64,000 nt of DNA from Candidatus Hadarchaeum sp. (GTDB taxonomy: Archaea > Hadarchaeota > Hadarchaeia > Hadarchaeales > Hadarchaeaceae). The first letter of the stretch is position 1; each line of letters starts with the position of its first letter. The stretch is from positions 1-64,000 of the forward strand of contig NZ_JAVZIN010000001.1 in NCBI RefSeq assembly GCF_038871235.1. The letters run 5' to 3'. The notes beneath the pieces were generated by a model that saw only the letters and a program-made list of their open reading frames with translations, had not been told where the DNA came from and did no database searches. Made by a program: the position numbers and the translations under genes. Shown here piece after piece: positions 56,205 through 64,000 of this stretch.

Positions 56205-59200
56205 TTAGATTTTCTTGGATAGCCTGTCCAATATAATACCGACCGCTATCACCAAGAAGACCAGAATCAGGCCGGGGATTATGATCAATTCCAGAGGCAC
56301 AGGTGGCACCCCCAGAGGCGGCACGGTTGGCTGAGGTGCTGTAGGTTTGGGAGTTGGCGTCGGGGATGGGGTTGGTGTTGGCGTGGGCGTTGGAGTTGGT
56401 GTGGGGGATGGGGTTGGGGTAGGTGTAGGTGTGGGCTGGGGCGGTGCGAGCGGTGGAGTGGGACTTCCAAAGATGCCGAACAGCGTCAGGTGGTTGACCC
56501 ATCCCGAAACGGTGTTGTTCGCCGTATCTACGACGATGTTATCACAAGGATGCCAAGCGTTGTCGGTCGAACTCCACCAGTAGATCTTCAGCGAGGTCTC
56601 GTCCATTCCCGCCACATCTTCATCGGTGTAGTGGAAGGTGATACGTATGTTTTCCGCTATGTTCTCAGAAGTGCTTATATCCACAAACAACCCCGCCTGA
56701 AGCAAGCCCTCAGGAAGAGTAACCCCGGAGAGGTTCGTTATCACGGTTATCGAGACCTCACCGGCTTGAGCAGCGTCCAAGGTGATGTCGGCCACGCTCG
56801 ATAAGCTGACAGTATTAGTTCCTTGTACGACATTCTGAGACGTCTGTTTTGAAACGGTATTTTCAAAGGGAGCCGTGAGCCAAAGCGCGTAGTTCACGTT
56901 CGCGCTGACGTTGTCTCCTGTGCCCGGACCGACTCCGCCCGGCCCGCTGGAGTGACCCCACCAGTTGTAGCGGGCGTTGAGTTCTCCATCACCACCGTTG
57001 TAGATCCCGTAGTTACCCGCTTTGGAGTTGCCGACGATGTCATTGTGGTTCACAGTTATTCCCGTGCTGTTAACTCCAGTCTCAACGTGAATCCCAGAGC
57101 CCACCTCTGTGTTGTTTGTGATGCGGTTGAAGCGAATTATGGCAAATGAGGTGCTCCCATCAATATATATTCCGTGGGCATTGTTGTCGATGTAGTTATT
57201 CTTGATGAAGTTCCTGTAAGAATTGTTCAGATAGATACCGTAGCTGGAGTTGTTTGAACATGTGTTTTTGAGGATATTCGTTTTTTCAAAGCTTTGTATG
57301 TAGATGCCGTAGTAGTTGTTCTTGCACGTGTTGTTTTCAATGGTGGCGTTGTCCTCGGTTCCATCCGAATACACGTAGATGCCGTAACCGTTGGTGTTGT
57401 TATTGCTGTCGTTGTTCCTGAGAATAGCGTTGGACACGCCGTAAGCGTATTCCAAGTAGATACCACCGTCATTGTTGTTCTCGCAAGTGTTGCTCACAAG
57501 TACTGCGTTGTCTGAGGAATCTCCAGAATATATGTAGATCCCGTAGTCGTTGTTGGGGCATGTGTTGTTCTTGAGGGTGGAGCTGAGTAGGGGGTATGCC
57601 GCTATATATATGCCATCGTAGTAGTTGCCCTCGCAGGTATTGTTCTCGAGCGTGGCACTTTCGGAAAAGCTCTCCGAATATATATAAATACCATAGCCGT
57701 CGTTGTTTGAGCATGTGTTTTTGTTTATCGTGACAAGTGATAGGTAGTCACAACCTATGTAAATACCATCCCCACCCCCCTCGCCTTCACCGTTATAATT
57801 ACAAATGTTGTTCTCGATGGTGGCGTTGTCTATGGGCACATAAGAATGCCAAGAACCCAAGAAGATGCCTTCGTAGTAGTTGTTGGAGCATACATTATTG
57901 CTCAAGGTGAGGTTAGAGAGTGAATCATAGCTCCTTACGTGGATACCGTGCCAATCATTGTTGGAGCAAGCATTGTTCATGACGATGATGTTTGATAAGA
58001 AATTGGAGCTTCTTATGTGGATGCCATTCAAATCATTGAATTCGCAGGTGTTGTTTTCAAGTGTGATGCCGTCGCAGGATGTTGGATATATGCCGATGCC
58101 AGAATAAACGTTGTTAGAGCAAGTGTTGTTGTCGAGTATAGCGTTTGAAAGAGAATTGCACCCTATGTATATGCCGTAACCGTTAAGGTTGTTAGAGGAT
58201 GTGTTGTTCCTGATGGTGACGTAAGACAGGTCACCATTTGTGTTCAGGTAGATTCCATGGGAGCCGTTGCCCTCGCAGGTGTTGTTCTCTAGCGTGGCTT
58301 CGACCTGAGAGTCAGAATATATGCAGATTCCGTAGCCGTTGGTGTTGTTGGAGCACGTGTTGTTGTACAAGGTGTTGTTTGTGGAGTAGTACAGCTCGAT
58401 GCCATTAGCGGAGTTATATTCGCAGGTGTTGTTCTCGACGATGGTGTTATCTGAGTGCTCCAAGCAGATACCATCGCCGGAGTTGTGTGAGCACACGTTA
58501 TTCCTGATAGTGGCGTAGGACAATGTTACTACGGAGGGATAGGATAGATAGATGGCGTGGCTGGAGTTATATTCGCAGGTGTTGTTTTCAATAGTGGCGC
58601 TCTCCGAAGATCCAACTGAAAATACGTAGATGCCATAGCCGGAGTTGTTTGAGCAAGTGTTTTTGTTCAATGTTGCGTTGAGCAGAGGAGCCGAGCTGTA
58701 ATATATGTAGACTCCGTATGAGTTATATTCGCAGGTATTGTTTTCAAAGACAACGTTGTTCGAAGATTCACTCGATGACAAGTAAATGCCGTAGCCATTG
58801 ATATTGTTCGAGCAAGTGTTGTTTCTGAACGTGGCATTGAGTAGGGTGGTGGAGGAGTAATCTACATATATGCCTGAGGAACCGTTGCCCTCACATAGAT
58901 TGTTCTCGAGAACGACGTTGTCCGAGGATTCATCCGCGTATATGTAGATGCCGCTGTCGTTGTTATAATCGCATGTGTTGTTGTCTATGACGTTATAGTC
59001 TGAATCATTCAGGAAGATGCCGTAGCCACTGGTGTTATTGGAGCATGTGTTGTTGATCAGGTTATCGTGGGACGAGGACTCCATGTAAATTCCGCAGCTG
59101 ATGTTGTTCGAGCAAGTGTTGTTCTCAATGATGATTTCTACCGAGTTGTATATGTACATGCCGTAGTCGTTATTCTCGCAAGCATTGTTGGTCAGGTTAT

Positions 59201-59601
59201 CGTAAGACGAGTAGTGTGAGTAGATGCCGTAATTGTTGTTTGTGCAGGTGTTGTTCTCGATTTTTCCATTCCTAACGTTATACAAGTAGATTCCGTGGTG
59301 GGAAACTCCTCCGTTCTCGATCAAGCAGTTCCGGATGACAAAATATTTAGTCGTGTTTTCGATCCATATTCCGTGTGCGCTCGACGCGTCGATGGCCCAG
59401 TTTTCGATGATGTAAGGATCGTCAACGGTGCCAGAGCCGCCGCCGTTGACGCCGTTCTCCGGGTTAAAAAAAATCGTCGTTCTCAATGAAGATCGGTCCC
59501 CGTGATGAAGGTTGAGCTTGGGATTTAGGAAGAAAGGTAAGTATCAGCAACGTAAAGAGACAAATTGTCCCCAAATAAGGGATCAAAAGCCTCTTGTTCG
59601 T
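56205..59601 (-). pseudogene. Large cell-surface parallel beta-helix (NosD/CASH-type) protein; signal-peptide segment out of frame at a T8 run (59466-59473), apparent ACG start
   Basis: Body ORF 56205-59486 with many GIY..N.T...NNTC repeats, PT-rich linker and C-terminal TM. Upstream frame reads (M)NKRLLIPYLGTICLFTLLILTFLPKSQAQPSSRGPIFIENDD after GGAGGAGG. Confidence 0.7.
56343..56440 (-). repeat. Pro-Thr low-complexity linker (degenerate 6-bp repeats)
   Basis: Encodes PQPTPTPTPTPSPTPTPTPTPTPTPSPTPTPKPT. Confidence 0.85.
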
Positions 59602-59951
59602 GGCTTAACCTCCTCCTTTAAGCTACAGCTCGGAATTGCTAGGCGAGCATTCGGAGTTTTCGTAGCTATGGAGTGGATGCGGCTAGGCGATAGAAAGATC
59701 AATGGTAGTGGTCCGACCGCGGCAAAAATCATCTTATTGATATACACGTTTCCAGATCTTTACCTTTTACGTATTTATTTATGAAAGAAGAACTATTTAA
59801 GGAGGTGAGTAGTTAACTTTGACCAAAATTTGGCACAAGAATAATCCTTAGACCAACGTAGTTTAAATGACGCATTAATAAAGGTTTCAATTAACATCTA
59901 ATTGAGATTTTCTAGACTGCCCGCTATCTTCGGGTTGTCAAAAATTAAAAA

Positions 59952-61136
59952 TTACAGCTTTTTGGCGAACTCCTTCCCGAACTCGAAGCTCCTCTGCAGC
60001 TCCTCTTTGTTCGGCACCCAGTTGACGGATAATCCCGGCAGGACCAGCTTCATCCCCGCCTTCGTCAGCGATTCTTCGATGTGCTTCACCGCCCCGCCGC
60101 CCCAGCCGTAGGAGCCGAAGGCCGCGGCCACCTTACCTCGCGGTTTCAGGCCCACCAGATCCTCAAGGAAGGGTGCCACCGTCGGTAAGATGCCGTTGTT
60201 AATGGTGCCCGAGCCCACCACCAGCCCCCGGGCGTCGAGGAGTTCCTTGACGACATCGCTGCGGTCGGAGCAGGGAAGCCGGAACAGCATCACCTCCACC
60301 CCCTCGCTCCTCAGCCCCTCGACCATCGCTTTGGCCATCTTCTCGGTGCTGCCCCACATCGTGTCGTAGACGACCAGCACCTTTCTCTTCGCTTCACCCT
60401 TGGCCCAGCTGATGTAAGCTTGGACGATCTTCATCGGGTCCTTTCTCCAGATGACCCCATGGCTGGGCGCGATCATGTTGATCTTTAACCCAAGTTTCTG
60501 AATTTCCTCAATCTTCCTCAGGATCAGGGTGCTGAAGGGCCAGAGGATGTTGGCGTAGTACTTGGCGGCCTCGGCCATCAGCACTGCCTCATCTACCTCG
60601 TCGTCAAAACGGCCCGAGGAGGCGAGATGCTGGCCGAAGGCGTCGTTGGGCAGCAGCAGCGCGTCCTTCTCGATGTAAGTAAACATGCTGTCGGGCCAGT
60701 GCAGCATCGGCGCCTCAATGAACTTCAAGGTCCTGCTGCCGAGGTTGAGCTCATCCCCTGTCTTGACCACCTGAAAGTCCCAGTTACCGAAGTAGTGCTT
60801 CTCCAGACCTGCCTTGCACCTGGCCGTGCCGATGACCTTGGCCCGTGACGCGTGTTTCAGGACCTCGGCAATCGCTCCGGAGTGGTCGGTCTCCACGTGG
60901 TTGGCGATGATGTAGTCTATCTTTGCGGGGTCGACCACCTCCTTTATCCTCTCCATCATCTCCCCGGCGAACGGACCGTAGACGGTATCCACCAGGGCGA
61001 TCTTCTCATCCAGAATCAGGTAGGCATTATAGGTCGTGCCGCGGTGGGTGGTGTAGGTGAAACCATGGAAGTTTCTAATATTCCAGTCCACGGCCCCGAC
61101 CCAGTAGATGTCCTCCAAAACTTTAACCGGTGGCAT
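59952..61136 (-). CDS. fprA: Flavodiiron protein (A-type flavoprotein)
   Basis: GTTYNAY, NHVETDH, LHWPD, NDAFGQH, PSHG, YDTMWGST, FGSYGWGG motifs. Confidence 0.95.
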   Translation of the reverse strand: MPPVKVLEDIYWVGAVDWNIRNFHGFTYTTHRGTTYNAYLILDEKIALVDTVYGPFAGEMMERIKEVVDPAKIDYIIANHVETDHSGAIAEVLKHASRAKVIGTARCKAGLEKHYFGNWDFQVVKTGDELNLGSRTLKFIEAPMLHWPDSMFTYIEKDALLLPNDAFGQHLASSGRFDDEVDEAVLMAEAAKYYANILWPFSTLILRKIEEIQKLGLKINMIAPSHGVIWRKDPMKIVQAYISWAKGEAKRKVLVVYDTMWGSTEKMAKAMVEGLRSEGVEVMLFRLPCSDRSDVVKELLDARGLVVGSGTINNGILPTVAPFLEDLVGLKPRGKVAAAFGSYGWGGGAVKHIEESLTKAGMKLVLPGLSVNWVPNKEELQRSFEFGKEFAKKL

Positions 61137-61245
61137 GCAAACTTCCAAAGCTAATTAATTTCCTGAGGATAAATGTCTTGCTCTGCGTGGATTAGTTCAC
61201 CGTTAATGGTTAAGGAGCCGCGAGAGAAGTGGGTTCGGTGATATA

Positions 61246-61482
61246 ATGACTGGGCCGGCGGAGAGCAAGATAGAAATTCCAGCGAAAGTTTACATCCACA
61301 AGCGAGACCCGCTCACGCGCTCGAAGATCCCCCACATCGACATCGAGGCACCAATCTTGAATGAGATCATAAGACCGAATGAGTCCACCTACGCCAGCGG
61401 CAAAGAGGGCGGGGTCTTCATAGGACTGAAGCGCGAGATGTTGGCCAGGCTGGAGCGCCTATTTGAGGAGCTGGAAAAATAA
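61246..61482 (+). CDS. Hypothetical protein
   Basis: GGTGA ribosome-binding site, host-like codon use, no recognised motif. Confidence 0.7.
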   Translation: MTGPAESKIEIPAKVYIHKRDPLTRSKIPHIDIEAPILNEIIRPNESTYASGKEGGVFIGLKREMLARLERLFEELEK

Positions 61483-61514
61483 AAGGATTAATAGCGCTAG
61501 GAAAGATTTAGCTT

Positions 61515-61589
61515 GGGCCCGTGGTCCAGTGGTCAAGACACTACCCTCACACGGTAGATACCGGGGTTCGAATCCCCGCGGGCCCACCA
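61515..61589 (+). tRNA. tRNA-Val(CAC), intron-less
   Basis: GGGCCCGTGGTCCAGTGGTCAAGACACTACCCTCACACGGTAGATACCGGGGTTCGAATCCCCGCGGGCCCACCA cloverleaf. Confidence 0.98.
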
Positions 61590-61662
61590 GAGACTGCGCG
61601 CGTGCTTTATGACTCCTGGGGAAGCCACGCTCGACAGATTTTGACGAGAACGAGGCGAGATC

Positions 61663-61950
61663 ATGAGGCATTTTCCCCTCTGGTGGGTCATCCATACCGA
61701 TGAGGAGAGGAGAAGATTGAAGAAAGAAATCTCCAAATGCGGCATAAGGGAGCCCATCAAGGTTTCGAAAATCGGCGGCGTCATCATCGATGGAAATTTG
61801 CGCTATGAAATTGCCCGGGAGCTTGGAATTGAAGTTCCGTTCACCTACGCCAGCGTTAGCGATTGGTTTTATCTCGCTTTCCTGAACACGAAGCGTTTGT
61901 TAAGAGTTCTCTACTTGAAAATGAAGAAATCAACAGGATCGTCTCGATAA
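61663..61950 (+). CDS. Small ParB/Srx N-terminal domain protein
   Basis: L...I...GIREPI.V......IIDGNLRY..ARELG motif. Confidence 0.8.
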   Translation: MRHFPLWWVIHTDEERRRLKKEISKCGIREPIKVSKIGGVIIDGNLRYEIARELGIEVPFTYASVSDWFYLAFLNTKRLLRVLYLKMKKSTGSSR

Positions 61951-61985
61951 AGATTTGGACTGATAGGACCAAGTGATCTGAGAGC

Positions 61986-62519
61986 ATGAAAATTGAAATC
62001 GTCGCTATCGGCAGTATACCAGACCTACTCCTTCAGCGACTGCCAGCAATGCTGATCGAGACATTCAAGCCTCTTGCTGATGAATGTGGGGTAACTACAC
62101 GGAAGAGTATCCCATCGACCGCGTTTGATGCTCAGCGTCGGCAGTACCGAGCTGAGAGTGTTCTTCGCCATTTGCTTTTTGGAGCGGATAGGGACAATGT
62201 CATCCTCGGGATTGTTGGCGTGGATCTTTACGTACCGAAACTTAATTTCGTTTTTGGGCTGTCTCAACTCTTGGGACGAGGGGCTCTGGTATCAATACAT
62301 CGTCTGAACCCTAGTTTCTACGGGCAAGCTCCGGATTTTGAGCTACTTTGGAATCGAACTCGGAAAGAAGCAATTCATGAGCTGGGCCATGTCTTCGGAC
62401 TCAACCACTGTGATGACCCGAAGTGTGTTATGAATTTTTCAAATAGCATTCTGGAGGTAGATAGAAAATCTTCCCATTTTTGCTCCAGATGTCGTGCGAA
62501 GCTCCTCCATCGGTTTTGA
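61986..62519 (+). CDS. amzA: Archaemetzincin
   Basis: NFVFG, HELGHVFGLNHC....CVMNFS, FCSRC motifs. Confidence 0.95.
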   Translation: MKIEIVAIGSIPDLLLQRLPAMLIETFKPLADECGVTTRKSIPSTAFDAQRRQYRAESVLRHLLFGADRDNVILGIVGVDLYVPKLNFVFGLSQLLGRGALVSIHRLNPSFYGQAPDFELLWNRTRKEAIHELGHVFGLNHCDDPKCVMNFSNSILEVDRKSSHFCSRCRAKLLHRF

Positions 62520-62525
62520 AAGATG

Positions 62526-63323
62526 TTATCCTGTCTTCTTCAACCTGATTTTAAGGTGGGCGTGAGCACCGAGATCTTCAGCGAGATTTCCCAAGTTCTT
62601 TGCGATTTCAAGAACACCAGCGCTACCTACGTAGCAGAGAACCTCGCCCGGGCCGACTTCGCCGAAGGTCCTGACGAACTTCGCGGGCAAATTTTTCCCG
62701 GATATTTCTAGCTTTAAGACGTCGCCAAGTCTCGCAAATGTTTCGATGAGATTACGACCGATGTTGGTCAGAAGATTCCCAAATCCATCGATAGCCACCA
62801 CCTCTCCGCTTATTTCCCCTCCCACCATTTCTGCCTCTGCCAAGTCCAATTTTTTCAGATTTGGCAGAACGGGACCCACCTCCGATGTCCTGACCCCCAA
62901 ACTCAGATGCGCGGCTACTGGGGCAAAGACGTCGCGCCCGTGAAAGGTGGCAGATATACTTTCCCTCATCAGCTTTCGATTGGTCAGCTCCCTGATCTCC
63001 TTCACACCAAACCGCCGGGCAACCAAGGTGAAAACCCCATTGTCAGGGCCGATGAAGTGAAAATCGTTATTAGTGCGGAGCAGAATGTCCCTCCTCTCTG
63101 TACCAACTCCGGGATCCACCACGACGACGAAAATGGTTCCGTTTGGGAAAGTTTCGGCGGCGTTTACCAGCATGAACGCTGCAGTGAAAATATCATGCCT
63201 AGGCACTTCATGGGTAATGTCAACTATCGTCACTTTGGGATTTATTGAAAGTATTGCTCCTTTCATTGCCCCAACGAAGTAATCCTTTTCCCCCAAATCC
63301 GAGAGAAGAGCTATAACCGGCAT
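62526..63323 (-). CDS. SAM hydroxide adenosyltransferase (DUF62, chlorinase/fluorinase family)
   Basis: LLSDLG, DITHE, VVDPGVGT.R, GPDNG, SATFHGRD.FAP, IDGFGN motifs. Confidence 0.94.
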   Translation of the reverse strand: MPVIALLSDLGEKDYFVGAMKGAILSINPKVTIVDITHEVPRHDIFTAAFMLVNAAETFPNGTIFVVVVDPGVGTERRDILLRTNNDFHFIGPDNGVFTLVARRFGVKEIRELTNRKLMRESISATFHGRDVFAPVAAHLSLGVRTSEVGPVLPNLKKLDLAEAEMVGGEISGEVVAIDGFGNLLTNIGRNLIETFARLGDVLKLEISGKNLPAKFVRTFGEVGPGEVLCYVGSAGVLEIAKNLGNLAEDLGAHAHLKIRLKKTG

Positions 63324-63381
63324 GTTTCGCCCAAAGATTATTTTGGAGAAGTTAATAATTTATCAGCTTTCAAAATGAATT

Positions 63382-63861
63382 GTGATGATATTGGTTTTCT
63401 GCGGGCCACCGGGTTCAGGCAAGACGGAGATTGCCCGAAAGCTCGCCGAGAAGCTTAGCGGTTCCAAGCTCATCTCAACTGCTAATTTCAGGAGAAAGGT
63501 TTATCGGCACCTGTTTGCTGAAGTGGAAAGGTACATCCGTTCGGCAAAATATCTCATCTTGGATGGGACCTTTTACAAACGGGCTTGGAGGGACGAAATT
63601 GAAGAGATTGCGAAAAGAAATGGTGAGAAGACCATCACCATTTATCTCAGATGTTCGCTGCCAACCTGCCTGAAGAGAAACGAGCTCAGGAAGGATAGGA
63701 TTGATGAAAAGGCAGTTCGCATCATACACAGCCAGATGGAGGTTCCAGAGTCTCCAGAAATCGTCATAGACACAGATACTTTGGTGGCTGATGACGCTGT
63801 TGACTTAATATTAAAGTACATGGCCTCAAGGGTCGGTTTTTCAGGCGACGGCGGGACTTAA
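63382..63861 (+). CDS. P-loop kinase (AAA_33-like)
   Basis: GPPGSGKT, ILDGTF, CLKRN motifs. Confidence 0.85.
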   Translation: MMILVFCGPPGSGKTEIARKLAEKLSGSKLISTANFRRKVYRHLFAEVERYIRSAKYLILDGTFYKRAWRDEIEEIAKRNGEKTITIYLRCSLPTCLKRNELRKDRIDEKAVRIIHSQMEVPESPEIVIDTDTLVADDAVDLILKYMASRVGFSGDGGT

Positions 63862-64000
63862 TTAACGGGGGGTCCTAATGGTCGGACTTTGAGCCCTGCC
63901 ATGCGTTTTTCCATGTGCTCGGGAACTGAACAGGGCAGATACGTCAGCAATAAAGTCTTGAGTTCATCCACCGAGATTCCGCCGCCGCACTTAGGACACT
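63858..64000 (-). CDS. 3' end of a CDS running off the window (CxxC-containing)
   Basis: Hand translation ...CPKCGGGISVDELKTLLLTYLPCSVPEHMEKRMAGLKVRPLGPPVN*. Confidence 0.4.
   Translation of the reverse strand, partial: CPKCGGGISVDELKTLLLTYLPCSVPEHMEKRMAGLKVRPLGPPVN

Overview
Archaeal chromosomal window. It carries an archaeal histone, gatD/gatE, the archaeal riboflavin pathway, the modified mevalonate pathway and grpE-dnaK-dnaJ. The gene style suggests a euryarchaeal-grade lineage such as Hadarchaeota, but this is inference only. The window starts inside a CRISPR array (20 repeats of 37 bp, no cas genes in view), followed by about 65 mostly housekeeping and metabolic genes. The main hidden signal is three tRNA genes broken by many short bulge-helix-bulge (BHB) introns at mostly non-canonical positions. 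tRNA-Gln(UUG) and tRNA-Gln(CUG) have three introns each. tRNA-Phe(GAA) has four introns separated by 6-8 nt micro-exons. All three reassemble by hand into full 76-77 nt cloverleaves, while tRNA-His and tRNA-Val are intron-less. Secondary observations: a single-repeat TBP-like protein right behind the histone gene, a membrane-anchored protein with pseudomurein-binding-like repeats and a transglutaminase domain, a large beta-helix surface protein frameshifted in a T8 run with an apparent ACG start, other probable non-AUG starts, and a few unannotated small ORFs. All family assignments come from motif recognition by eye; no database searches were run.
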